DNA from: Eledone cirrhosa
Taxonomy: Eukaryota
Reading direction: 5' to 3'
DNA length: 64,000 nucleotides
Assembly: GCA_964016885.1 (NCBI GenBank)
Contig: OZ024740.1
Span: 434,682,001 to 434,746,000, forward strand
The notes under the pieces were generated by a model. It searched no databases. It was not told the origin of the DNA and saw only the letters and a list, made by a program, of their open reading frames with translations. Each line of letters begins with the position of its first letter. The stretch's first letter is position 1. Shown here piece after piece: positions 15,019-29,000 of this stretch. Made by a program: the position numbers and the translations under genes.

Positions 15019-17160
15019 CTACAACATAGATTAAGACCATTGCTCTCTCTCTCTCCCTCCTACAACTTAGATTAAGACCATTGCTCTCTCTCTCTATCTC
15101 CCCCCTACAACTTAGATTAAGACCATTGCTCTCTCTCTCTCTCTCTCTCCCTCCTACAACTTAGATTAAGACCATTGCTCTCTCTCTCTATCTCCCCCCT
15201 ACAACTTAGATTAAGACCATTGCTCTCTCTCTCTCTCTCTCTCCCTACAAGATAGATTAAGACCATTGCTCTCTCTCTCTCTCTCTCTCTCCCCCTACAA
15301 CTTAGATTAAGACCATTGCTCTCTCTCTCTCTCTCTCTCCCTCCTACAACTTAGATTAAGACCATTGCTCTCTCTCTCTCTCTCTCTCTCCCCCCTACAA
15401 CTTAGATTAAGACCATTGCTCTCTCTCTCTCTCTCTCTCCCCCCTACAACTTAGATTAAGACCATTGCTCTCTCTCTCTCTCTCCCTCCTACAACATAGA
15501 TTAAGACCATTGCTCTCTCTCTCTCTCTCTCCCTCCTACAACTTAGATTAAGACCATTGCTCTCTCTCTCTCTCTCTCTCTCTCCCTACAACATAGATTA
15601 AGACCATTGCTCTCTCTCTCTCTCTCTCCCTCCTACAACTTAGATTAAGACCATTGCTCTCTCTCTCTCTCTCTCCCCCCTACAACTTAGATTAAGACCA
15701 TTGCTCTCTCTCTCTCCCCCTACAACATAGATTAAGACCATTGCTCTCTCTCTCTCTCTCTCTCTCCCCCTACAACTTAGATTAAGACCATTGCTCTCTC
15801 TCTCTCTCCCTACAACATAGATTAAGACCATTGCTCTCTCTCTCTCTCTCTCCTCCTACAACTTAGATTAAGACCATTGCTCTCTCTCTCCCCCCCCTAC
15901 AACTTAGATTAAGACCATTGCTCTCTCTCTCTCTCTCCCCCTACAACATAGATTAAGACCATTGCTCTCTCTCTCTCTCTCCCCCTACAACATAGATTAA
16001 GACCATTGCTCTCTCTCTCCCTCCTACAACTTAGATTAAGACCATTGCTCTCTCTCTCTCTCTCTCTCCCCCTACAACTTAGATTAAGACCATTGCTCTC
16101 TCTCTCTCTCTCTCTCCCCCCCTACAACTTAGATTAAGACCATTGCTCTCTCTCTCCCCCCTACAACTTAGATTAAGACCATTGCTCTCTCTCTCTCCCC
16201 CTACAACTTAGATTAAGACCATTGCTCTCTCTCTCTCTCTCTCTCCCCCCTACAACTTGATTAAGACCATTGCTCCCCCCCCCCCTTACACTTAGATTAA
16301 GACCATTGCTCTCTCTCTCTCCCCTACAACTTAGATTAAGACCATTGCTCTCTCTCTCTCTCTCTCTCCCCCCTACAACTTGGATTAAGACCATTGCCCC
16401 CCCCCCCCTTACAACTTAGATTAAGACCATTGCTCTCTCTCTCTCCCCTACAACTTAGATTAAGACCATTGCTCTCTCTCTCTCCCCTACAACTTAGATT
16501 AAGACCATTGCTCTCTCTCTCTCTCTCCCCTACAACATAGATTAAGACCATTGCACTCTCTCTCTCTCTCGTCCCTCCTACAACTTAGATTAAGACCATT
16601 GCTCTCTCTCTCTCTCTCTCCCCCTACAACATAGATTAAGACCATTGCTCTCTCTCTCTCTCTCTCCCTCCTACAACATAGATTAAGACCATTGCTCTCT
16701 CTCTCCCCCTACAACATAGATTAAGACCATTGCTCTCTCTCTCTCTCTCTCTCTCCCTCCTACAACATAGATTAAGACCATTGCTCTCTCTCTCTCTCCT
16801 ACAACTTAGATTAAGACCATTGCTCTCTCTCTCTCTCTCTCTCTTCCTCCTACAACATAGATTAAGACCATTGCTCTCTCTCTCTCTCTCTCCCTCCTAC
16901 AACATAGATTAAGACCATTGCTCTCTCTCTCTCTCTCTCTCCCTCCTACAACTTAGATTAAGACCATTGCTCTCTCTCTCTCTCTCTCTCTCCCTCCTAC
17001 AACTTAGATTAAGACCATTGCTCTCTCTCTCTCTCTCTCCCTCCTACAACATAGATTAAGACCATTGCTCTCTCTCTCTATCTCTCTCCCTCTACAACAT
17101 AGATTAAGACCATTGCTCTCTCTCTCTCTCTCTCTCCTACAACATAGATTAAGACCATTG

Positions 17161-17193
<33 letters not shown>

Positions 17194-17489
17194 CTACAAC
17201 ATAGATTAAGACCATTGCTCTCTCTCTCCCTCCTACAACTTAGATTAAGACCATTGCTCTCTCTCTCTCTATCTCCCCCCTACAACTTAGATTAAGACCA
17301 TTGCTCTCTCTCTCTCTCTCTCTCTCCCTCCTACAACTTAGATTAAGACCATTGCTCTCTCTCTCTATCTCCCCCCTACAACTTAGATTAAGACCATTGC
17401 TCTCTCTCTCTCTCCCTACAAGATAGATTAAGACCATTGCTCTCTCTCTCTCTCTCTCTCTCCCCCTACAACTTAGATTAAGACCATTG

Positions 17490-17520
<31 letters not shown>

Positions 17521-18077
17521 CTACAACTTAGATTAAGACCATTGCTCTCTCTCTCTCACTCTCTCTCTCCCCCCTACAACTTAGATTAAGACCATTGCTC
17601 TCTCTCTCTCTCTCTCTCTCCCCCCTACAACTTAGATTAAGACCATTGCTCTCTCTCTCTCTCTCCCTCCTACAACATAGATTAAGACCATTGCTCTCTC
17701 TCTCTCTCTCTCCCTCCTACAACTTAGATTAAGACCATTGCTCTCTCTCTCTCTCTCTCTCTCCCTACAACATAGATTAAGACCATTGCTCTCTCTCTCT
17801 CTCTCTCTCTCCCTCCTACAACTTAGATTAAGACCATTGCTCTCTCTCTCTCTCTCTCTCTCCCTACAACATAGATTAAGACCATTGCTCTCTCTCTCTC
17901 TCTCTCTCTCCCTCCTACAACATAGATTAAGACCATTGCTCTCTCTCTCTCTCTCTCTCTCCCTACAACATAGATTAAGACCATTGCTCTCTCTCTCTTT
18001 CTCTCTCTCCCTCCTACAACATAGATTAAGACCATTGTTCTCTCTCTCTCTCCCTACAACATAGATTAAGACCATTG

Positions 18078-18110
<33 letters not shown>

Positions 18111-18830
18111 CTACAACTTAGATTAAGACCATTGCTCTCTCTCTCTCTCTCTCTCCCCCCTACAACTTAGATTAAGACCATTGCTCTCTCTCTCTCTCTC
18201 CCCCTACAACATAGATTAAGACCATTGCTCTCTCTCTCTCTCTCTCTCCCCCCTACAACTTAGATTAAGACCATTGCTCTCTCTCTCTCTCCCTACAACA
18301 TAGATTAAGACCATTGCTCTCTCTCTCTCTCTCTCTCCCTCCTACAACTTAGATTAAGACCATTGCTCTCTCTCTCCCCCCTACAACTTAGATTAAGACC
18401 ATTGCTCTCTCTCTCTCTCTCCCCCTACAACATAGATTAAGACCATTGCTCTCTCTCTCTCTCTCCCCCCTACAACATAGATTAAGACCATTGCTCTCTC
18501 TCTCCCTCCTACAACTTAGATTAAGACCATTGCTCTCTCTCTCTCTCTCTCTCTCTCTCCCCCTACAACTTAGATTAAGACCATTGCTCTCTCTCTCTCT
18601 CTCTCCCCCCCTACAACTTAGATTAAGACCATTGCTCTCTCTCTCCCCCCTACAACTTAGATTAAGACCATTGCTCTCTCTCTCTCCCCTACAACTTAGA
18701 TTAAGACCATTGCTCTCTCTCTCTCTCTCCCCCCTACAACTTGGATTAAGACCATTGCTCCCCCCCCCTTACAACTTAGATTAAGACCATTGCTCTCTCT
18801 CTCTCCCCTACAACTTAGATTAAGACCATT

Positions 18831-18874
<44 letters not shown>

Positions 18875-19036
18875 CTACAACTTAGATTAAGACCATTGCT
18901 CTCTCTCTCTCTCTCTCCCCCCTACAACTTAGATTAAGACCATTGCTCTCTCTCTCTTCTCTCTCTCCCTCCTACAACATAGATTAAGACCATTGCCTCT
19001 CTCTCTCTCTCCCCTACAACATAGATTAAGACCATT

Positions 19037-19080
<44 letters not shown>

Positions 19081-19837
19081 CTACAACTTAGATTAAGACC
19101 ATTGCTCTCTCTCTCTCTCTCTCCCCCCTACAACTTAGATTAAGACCATTGCTCTCTCTCTCTCCCCCTACAACATAGATTAAGACCATTGCTCTCTCTC
19201 TCTCTCTCTCTCTCCCCCTACAACTTAGATTAAGACCATTGCTCTCTCTCTCTCTCCCTACAACATAGATTAAGACCATTGCTCTCTCTCTCTCTCTCCC
19301 CTACAACATAGATTAAGACCATTGCTCTCTCTCTCTCTCTCCCCCCTACAACTTAGATTAAGACCATTGCTCTCTCTCTCCCTCCTACAACTTAGATTAA
19401 GACCATTGCTCTCTCTCTCTCTCTCTCCCCCTACAACTTAGATTAAGACCATTGCTCTCTCTCTCTCTCTCTCTCCCCCCTACAACTTAGATTAAGACCA
19501 TTGCTCTCTCTCCCCCCTACAACTTAGATTAAGACCATTGCTCTCTCTCTCTCCCCTACAACTTAGATTAAGACCATTGCTCTCTCTCTCTCTCTCTCTC
19601 TCCCCCCTACAACTTGGATTAAGACCATTGCTCCCCCCCCCTTACAACTTAGATTAAGACCATTGCTCTCTCTCTCTCCCCTACAACTTAGATTAAGACC
19701 ATTGCTCTCTCTCTCTCTCTCTCCCCCCTACAACTTGGATTAAGACCATTGCCCCCCCCCCCCCCCTTACAACTTAGATTAAGACCATTGCTCTCTCTCT
19801 CTCCCCTACAACTTAGATTAAGACCATTGCTCTCTCT
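3067..19837. repeat. Composite satellite: fixed core TACAAC(T/A)TAGATTAAGACCATTG plus variable (CT)n and C-rich tract; ~16.8 kb, truncated by gap
   Basis: Read directly. Several hundred units, mostly ~35-60 bp, with length variation almost entirely in the (CT)n tract. Confidence 0.98.
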
Positions 19838-20037
19838 NNNNNNNNNNNNNNNNNNNNNNNNNNNNNNNNNNNNNNNNNNNNNNNNNNNNNNNNNNNNNNN
19901 NNNNNNNNNNNNNNNNNNNNNNNNNNNNNNNNNNNNNNNNNNNNNNNNNNNNNNNNNNNNNNNNNNNNNNNNNNNNNNNNNNNNNNNNNNNNNNNNNNNN
20001 NNNNNNNNNNNNNNNNNNNNNNNNNNNNNNNNNNNNN
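19838..20037. other. Assembly gap (200 N)
   Basis: Run of N joining two unrelated satellites. Confidence 0.99.
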
Positions 20038-23000
20038 CCTGCACTGTCCTCTACCGTCCTGCACTGTCCTCTACCTCCTGTACTGTCCTCTACCTCCTGT
20101 ACTGTCCTCTACCTCCAGCACTGTCCTCTACCGTCCTGCACTGTCCTCTACCTCCTGTACTGTCCTCTACCGTCCTGCACTGTCCTCTACCGTCCTGCAC
20201 TGTCCTCTACCGTCCTGTACTGTCCTCTACCTCCTGCACTGTCCTCTACCTCCTGCACTGTCCTCTACCTCCTGCACTGTCCTCTACCTCCTGTACTGTC
20301 CTCTACCTCCTGTACTGTCCTCTACCTCCTGCACTGTCCTCTACCGTCCTGCACTGTCCTCTACCTCCTGTACTGTCCTCTACCTCCTGTACTGTCCTCT
20401 ACCTCCTGTACTGTCCTCTACCGTCCTGTACTGTCCTCTACCTCCTGCACTGTCCTCTACCGTCCTGTACTGTCCTCTACCTCCTGTACTGTCCTCTACC
20501 GTCCTGCACTGTCCTCTACCTCCTGTACTGTCCTCTACCTCCTGTACTGTCCTCTACTCCTGTACTGTCCTCTACCTCCTGTACTGTCCTCTACCTCCTG
20601 TACTGTCCTCTACCGTCCTGTACTGTCCTCTACCTCCTGCACTGTCCTCTACCGTCCTGTACTGTCCTCTACCTCCTGCACTGTCCTCTACCGTCCTGTA
20701 CTGTCCTCTACCTCCTGCACTGTCCTCTACCGTCCTGTACTGTCCTCTACCTCCTGTACTGTCCTCTACCTCCTGTACTGTCCTCTACCTCCTGTACTGT
20801 CCTCTACCTCCTGTACTGTCCTCTACCTCCTGTACTGTCCTCTACCTCCTGTACTGTCCTCTACCTCCTGTACTGTCCTCTACCTCCAGCACTGTCCTCT
20901 ACCGTCCTGCACTGTCCTCTACCTCCTGTACTGTCCTCTACCGTCCTGCACTGTCCTCTACCGTCCTGCACTGTCCTCTACCGTCCTGTACTGTCCTCTA
21001 CCTCCTGCACTGTCCTCTACCTCCTGCACTGTCCTCTACCTCCTGCACTGTCCTCTACCTCCTGTACTGTCCTCTACCTCCTGTACTGTCCTCTACCTCC
21101 TGCACTGTCCTCTACCGTCCTGCACTGTCCTCTACCTCCTGTACTGTCCTCTACCTCCTGTACTGTCCTCTACCTCCTGTACTGTCCTCTACCGTCCTGT
21201 ACTGTCCTCTACCTCCTGCACTGTCCTCTACCGTCCTGTACTGTCCTCTACCTCCTGTACTGTCCTCTACCGTCCTGCACTGTCCTCTACCTCCTGTACT
21301 GTCCTCTACCTCCTGTACTGTCCTCTACCTCCTGTACTGTCCTCTACCTCCTGTACTGTCCTCTACCTCCTGTACTGTCCTCTACCGTCCTGTACTGTCC
21401 TCTACCTCCTGCACTGTCCTCTACCGTCCTGTACTGTCCTCTACCTCCTGCACTGTCCTCTACCGTCCTGTACTGTCCTCTACCTCCTGCACTGTCCTCT
21501 ACCGTCCTGTACTGTCCTCTACCTCCTGTACTGTCCTCTACCTCCTGTACTGTCCTCTACCTCCTGTACTGTCCTCTACCTCCTGTACTGTCCTCTACCT
21601 CCTGTACTGTCCTCTACCTCCTGTACTGTCCTCTACCTCCTGTACTGTCCTCTACCTCCTGTACTGTCCTCTACCTCCTGTACTGTCCTCTACCTCCTGT
21701 ACTGTCCTCTACCTCCTGCACTGTCCTCTACCTCCTGCACTGTCCTCTACCTCCTGCACTGTCCTCTACCTCCTGTACTGTCCTCTACCTCCTGTACTGT
21801 CCTCTACCTCCTGCACTGTCCTCTACCGTCCTGCACTGTCCTCTACCTCCTGTACTGTCCTCTACCTCCTGTACTGTCCTCTACCTCCTGTACTGTCCTC
21901 TACCGTCCTGTACTGTCCTCTACCTCCTGCACTGTCCTCTACCGTCCTGTACTGTCCTCTACCTCCTGTACTGTCCTCTACCGTCCTGCACTGTCCTCTA
22001 CCTCCTGTACTGTCCTCTACCTCCTGTACTGTCCTCTACCTCCTGTACTGTCCTCTACCTCCTGTACTGTCCTCTACCTCCTGTACTGTCCTCTACCGTC
22101 CTGTACTGTCCTCTACCTCCTGCACTGTCCTCTACCTCCTGTACTGTCCTCTACCTCCTGTACTGTCCTCTACCTCCTGTACTGTCCTCTACCTCCTGTA
22201 CTGTCCTCTACCTCCTGTACTGTCCTCTACCTCCTGTACTGTCCTCTACCGTCCTGTACTGTCCTCTACCTCCTGCACTGTCCTCTACCTCCTGTACTGT
22301 CCTCTACCTCCTGTACTGTCCTCTACCGTCCTGTACTGTCCTCTACCTCCTGCACTGTCCTCTACCTCCTGTACTGTCCTCTACCTCCTGTACTGTCCTC
22401 TACCTCCTGTACTGTCCTCTACCGTCCTGTACTGTCCTCTACCTCCTGCACTGTCCTCTACCTCCTGTACTGTCCTCTACCTCCTGTACTGTCCTCTACC
22501 GTCCTGTACTGTCCTCTACCTCCTGCACTGTCCTCTACCGTCCTGCACTGTCCTCTACCTCCTGTACTGTCCTCTACCTCCTGTACTGTCCTCTACCTCC
22601 TGTACTGTCCTCTACCGTCCTGTACTGTCCTCTACCTCCTGCACTGTCCTCTACCTCCTGTACTGTCCTCTACCTCCTGTACTGTCCTCTACCGTCCTGC
22701 ACTGTCCTCTACCGTCCTGCACTGTCCTCTACCGTCCTGTACTGTCCTCTACCGTCCTGTACTGTCCTCTACCTCCTGCACTGTCCTCTACCGTCCTGTA
22801 CTGTCCTCTACCTCCTGCACTGTCCTCTACCGTCCTGTACTGTCCTCTACCTCCTGCACTGTCCTCTACCTCCTGCACTGTCCTCTACCTCCTGCACTGT
22901 CCTCTACCGTCCTGTACTGTCCTCTACCGTCCTGCACTGTCCTCTACCGTCCTGCACTGTCCTCTACCTCCTGCACTGTCCTCTACCGTACTGCACTGTC

Positions 23001-26000
23001 CTCTACCGTCCTGCACTGTCCTCTACCTCCTGCACTGTCCTCTACCTCCTGCACTGTCCTCTACCGTCCTGTACTGTCCTCTACCGTCCTGTACTGTCCT
23101 CTACCTCCTGCACTGTCCTCTACCTCCTGCACTGTCCTCTACCGTCCTGCACTGTCCTCTACCGTCCTGCACTGTCCTCTACCTCCTGTACTGTCCTCTA
23201 CCTCCTGTACTGTCCTCTACCTCCTGTACTGTCCTCTACCGTCCTGCACTGTCCTCTACCTCCTGCACTGTCCTCTACCTCCTGCACTGTCCTCTACCGT
23301 CCTGCACTGTCCTCTACCGTCCTGCACTGTCCTCTACCGTCCTGTACTGTCCTCTACCGTCCTGCACTGTCCTCTACCGTCCTGCACTGTCCTCTACCGT
23401 CCTGTACTGTCCTCTACCTCCTGCACTCTCCTCTACCGTCCTGCACTGTCCTCTACCTCCTGCACTCTCCTCTACCTCCTGTACTGTCCTCTACCGTCCT
23501 GCACTGTCCTCTACCTCCTGCACTGTCCTCTACCTCCTGTACTGTCCTCTACCGTCTTGTACTGTCCTCTACCGTCCTGCACTGTCCTCTACCTCCTGTA
23601 CTGTCCTCTACCGTCCTGCACTGTCCTCTACCTCCTGCACTGTCCTCTACCTCCTGTACTGTCCTCTACCGTCTTGTACTGTCCTCTACCCTCCTGCACT
23701 CTCCTCTACCTCCTGTACTGTCCTCTACCGTCCTGCACTGTCCTCTACCTCCTGCACTGTCCTCTACCTCCTGTACTGTCCTCTACCGTCTTGTACTGTC
23801 CTCTACCGTCCTGCACTGTCCTCTACCTCCTGCACTGTCCTCTACCGTCCTGTACTGTCCTCTACCTCCAGCACTGTCCTCTACCGTCCTGCACTGTCCT
23901 CTACCGTCCTGCACTGTCCTCTACCGTCCTGCACTGTCCTCTACCTCCAGCACTGTCCTCTACCGTCCTGCACTGTCCTCTACCGTCCTGCACTGTCCTC
24001 TACCGTCCTGCACTGTCCTCTACCTCCAGCACTGTCCTCTACCGTCCTGCACTGTCCTCTACCTCCTGTACTGTCCTCTACCGTCCTGCACTGTCCTCTA
24101 CCGTCCTGCACTGTCCTCTACCTCCAGCACTGTCCTCTACCGTCCTGCACTGTCCTCTACCGTCCTGCACTGTCCTCTACCTCCAGCACTGTCCTCTACC
24201 GTCCTGCACTGTCCTCTACCGTCCTGCACTGTCCTCTACCGTCCTGCACTGTCCTCTACCTCCAGCACTGTCCTCTACCGTCCTGCACTGTCCTCTACCT
24301 CCTGTACTGTCCTCTACCGTCCTGTACTGTCCTCTACCGTCCTGTACTGTCCTCTACCTCCTGCACTGTCCTCTACCTCCTGCACTGTCCTCTACCGTCC
24401 TGCACTGTCCTCTACCTCCTGCACTGTCCTCTACCGTCCTGCACTGTCCTCTACCGTCCTGTACTGTCCTCTACCTCCTGCACTGTCCTCTACCGTCCTG
24501 TACTGTCCTCTACCTCCTGCACTGTCCTCTACCGTCCTGCACTGTCCTCTACCTCCTGCACTGTCCTCTACCTCCTGCACTGTCCTCTACCTCCTGCACT
24601 GTCCTCTACCTCCTGCACTGTCCTCTACCTCCTGCACTGTCCTCTACCTCCTGCACTGTCCTCTACCTCCTGCACTGTCCTCTACCGTCCTGCACTGTCC
24701 TCTACCGTCCTGTACTGTCCTCTACCTCCTGCACTGTCCTCTACCGTCCTGTACTGTCCTCTACCGTCCTGCACTGTCCTCTACCGTCCTGTACTGTCCT
24801 CTACCTCCTGCACTGTCCTCTACCTCCTGCACTGTCCTCTACCTCCTGCACTGTCCTCTACCTCCTGTACTGTCCTCTACCTCCTGCACTGTCCTCTACC
24901 TCCTGCACTGTCCTCTACCGTCCTGTACTGTCCTCTACCTCCTGCACTGTCCTCTACCTCCTGCACTGTCCTCTACCTCCTGCACTGTCCTCTACCGTCC
25001 TGCACTGTCCTCTACCGTCCTGCACTGTCCTCTACCTCCTGCACTGTCCTCTACCGTCCTGCACTGTCCTCTACCTCCTGCACTGTCCTCTACCGTCCTG
25101 CACTGTCCTCTACCGTCCTGTACTGTCCTCTACCTCCTGCACTGTCCTCTACCGTCCTGTACTGTCCTCTACCGTCCTGTACTGTCCTCTACCGTCCTGC
25201 ACTGTCCTCTACCGTCCTGTACTGTCCTCTACCTCCTGCACTGTCCTCTACCTCCTGTACTGTCCTCTACCTCCTGCACTGTCCTCTACCGTCCTGCACT
25301 GTCCTCTACCTCCTGCACTGTCCTCTACCTCCTGCACTGTCCTCTACCGTCCTGTACTGTCCTCTACCTCCTGTACTGTCCTCTACCGTCCTGTACTGTC
25401 CTCTACCTCCTGCACTGTCCTCTACCTCCTGTACTGTCCTCTACCTCCTGCACTGTCCTCTACCGTCCTGCACTGTCCTCTACCTCCTGCACTGTCCTCT
25501 ACCGTCCTGTACTGTCCTCTACCTCCTGTACTGTCCTCTACCGTCCTGCACTGTCCTCTACCGTCCTGCACTGTCCTCTACCGTCCTGCACTGTCCTCTA
25601 CCGTCCTGTACTGTCCTATACCGTCCTGCACTGTCCTCTACCTCCTGTACTGTCCTCTACCGTCCTGTACTGTCCTCTACCTCCTGTACTGTCCTCTACC
25701 GTCCTGCACTGTCCTCTACCGTCCTGCACTGTCCTCTACCTCCTGCACTGTCCTCTACCTCCTGTACTGTCCTCTACCTCCTGCACTGTCCTCTACCTCC
25801 TGCACTGTCCTCTACCTCCTGCACTGTCCTCTACCGTCCTGCACTGTCCTCTACCGTCCTGTACTGTCCTCTACCTCCTGTACTGTCCTCTACCGTCCTG
25901 TACTGTCCTCTACCTCCTGTACTGTCCTCTACCGTCCTGTACTGTCCTCTACCGTCCTGTACTGTCCTCTACCGTCCTGCACTGTCCTCTACCTCCTGCA

Positions 26001-29000
26001 CTGTCCTCTACCTCCTGCACTGTCCTCTACCGTCCTGTACTGTCCTCTACCGTCCTGCACTGTCCTCTACCTCCTGCACTGTCCTCTACCGTCCTGTACT
26101 GTCCTCTACCGTCCTGTACTGTCCTCTACCGTCCTGCACTGTCCTCTACCGTCCTGTACTGTCCTCTACCTCCTGCACTGTCCTCTACCGTCCTGTACTG
26201 TCCTCTACCGTCCTGCACTGTCCTCTACCTCCTGCACTGTCCTCTACCTCCTGCACTGTCCTCTACCGTCCTGTACTGTCCTCTACCTCCTGCACTGTCC
26301 TCTACCTCCTGTACTGTCCTCTACCTCCTGCACTGTCCTCTACCGTCCTGCACTGTCCTCTACCTCCTGCACTGTCCTCTACCTCCTGCACTGTCCTCTA
26401 CCGTCCTGTACTGTCCTCTACCTCCTGTACTGTCCTCTACCGTCCTGTACTGTCCTCTACCGTCCTGCACTGTCCTCTACCGTCCTGCACTGTCCTCTAC
26501 CGTCCTGCACTGTCCTCTACCGTCCTGCACTGTCCTCTACCGTCCTGCACTGTCCTCTACCGTCCTGTACTGTCCTCTACCGTCCTGCACTGTCCTCTAC
26601 CGTCCTGTACTGTCCTCTACCTCCTGCACTGTCCTCTACCTCCTGCACTGTCCTCTACCGTCCTGTACTGTCCTCTACCGTCCTGCACTGTCCTCTACCT
26701 CCTGCACTGTCCTCTACCGTCCTGTACTGTCCTCTACCGTCCTGCACTGTCCTCTACCTCCTGCACTGTCCTCTACCTCCTGCACTGTCCTCTACCGTCC
26801 TGTACTGTCCTCTACCGTCCTGCACTGTCCTCTACCTCCTGCACTGTCCTCTACCTCCTGCACTGTCCTCTACCGTCCTGTACTGTCCTCTACCTCCTGT
26901 ACTGTCCTCTACCGTCCTGTACTGTCCTCTACCTCCTGCACTGTCCTCTACCGTCCTGTACTGTCCTCTACCTCCTGTACTGTCCTCTACCGTCCTGTAC
27001 TGTCCTCTACCTCCTGTACTGTCCTCTACCTCCTGCACTGTCCTCTACCGTCCTGCACTGTCCTCTACCTCCTGCACTGTCCTCTACCTCCTGCACTGTC
27101 CTCTACCGTCCTGTACTGTCCTCTACCTCCTGTACTGTCCTCTACCGTCCTGTACTGTCCTCTACCTCCTGCACTGTCCTCTACCTCCTGCACTGTCCTC
27201 TACCGTCCTGTACTGTCCTCTACCGTCCTGCACTGTCCTCTACCGTCCTGTACTGTCCTCTACCTCCTGTACTGTCCTCTACCTCCTGCACTGTCCTCTA
27301 CCGTCCTGCACTGTCCTCTACCGTCCTGTACTGTCCTCTACCGTCCTGTACTGTCCTCTACCTCCTGCACTGTCCTCTACCTCCTGTACTGTCCTCTACC
27401 TCCTGCACTGTCCTCTACCGTCCTGCACTGTCCTCTACCTCCTGCACTGTCCTCTACCGTCCTGCACTGTCCTCTACCGTCCTGTACTGTCCTCTACCTC
27501 CTGCACTGTCCTCTACCGTCCTGCACTGTCCTCTACCGTCCTGTACTGTCCTCTACCTCCTGCACTGTCCTCTACCTCCTGCACTGTCCTCTACCTCCTG
27601 TACTGTCCTCTACCTCCTGCACTGTCCTCTACCGTCCTGCACTGTCCTCTACCGTCCTGTACTGTCCTCTACCGTCCTGTACTGTCCTCTACCTCCTGCA
27701 CTGTCCTCTACCGTCCTGCACTGTCCTCTACCTCCTGCACTGTCCTCTACCGTCCTGCACTGTCCTCTACCGTCCTGTACTGTCCTCTACCGTCCTGCAC
27801 TGTCCTCTACCTCCTGCACTGTCCTCTACCGTCCTGCACTGTCCTCTACCGTCCTGTACTGTCCTCTACCTCCTGCACTGTCCTCTACCTCCTGCACTGT
27901 CCTCTACCTCCTGTACTGTCCTCTACCTCCTGCACTGTCCTCTACCTCCTGCACTGTCCTCTACCGTCCTGTACTGTCCTCTACCTCCTGCACTGTCCTC
28001 TACCTCCTGCACTGTCCTCTACCTCCTGCACTGTCCTCTACCGTCCTGTACTGTCCTCTACCTCCTGTACTGTCCTCTACCTCCTGTACTGTCCTCTACC
28101 TCCTGCACTGTCCTCTACCTCCTGCACTGTCCTCTACCGTCCTGTACTGTCCTCTACCTCCTGCACTGTCCTCTACCTCCTGCACTGTCCTCTACCTCCT
28201 GCACTGTCCTCTACCTCCTGTACTGTCCTCTACCTCCTGTACTGTCCTCTACCTCCTGTACTGTCCTCTACCTCCTGCACTGTCCTCTACCTCCTGTACT
28301 GTCCTCTACCGTCCTGTACTGTCCTCTACCTCCTGTACTGTCCTCTACCGTCCTGCACTGTCCTCTACCGTCCTGCACTGTCCTCTACCGTCCTGCACTG
28401 TCCTCTACCGTCCTGCACTGTCCTCTACCGTACTGCACTGTCCTCTACCGTCCTGCACTGTCCTCTACCGTCCTGCACTGTCCTCTACCGTCCTGCACTG
28501 TCCTCTACCGTCCTGCACTCTCCTCTACCGTCCTGCACTGTCCTCTACCTCCTGCACTGTCCTCTACCGTCCTGCACTGTCCTCTACCTCCTGCACTGTC
28601 CTCTACCGTCCTGTACTGTCCTCTACCGTCCTGTACTGTCCTCTACCGTCCTGTACTGTCCTCTACCTCCTGCACTGTCCTCTACCGTCCTGCACTGTCC
28701 TCTACCGTCCTGTACTGTCCTCTACCTCCTGCACTGTCCTCTACCTCCTGTACTGTCCTCTACCGTCCTGTACTGTCCTCTACCTCCTGTACTGTCCTCT
28801 ACCGTCCTGTACTGTCCTCTACCTCCTGCACTGTCCTCTACCTCCTGTACTGTCCTCTACCGTCCTGTACTGTCCTCTACCTCCTGCACTGTCCTCTACC
28901 GTCCTGTACTGTCCTCTACCGTCCTGTACTGTCCTCTACCTCCTGCACTGTCCTCTACCTCCTGTACTGTCCTCTACCGTCCTGTACTGTCCTCTACCTC

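Noticed and set aside
3067-19837. CRISPR-like constant repeat with variable spacers; many LSLS/RERE ORFs
   Set aside because: The spacers are only (CT)n length variants with no unique sequence, there are no cas genes, and the context is eukaryotic. The ORFs are microsatellite translations.
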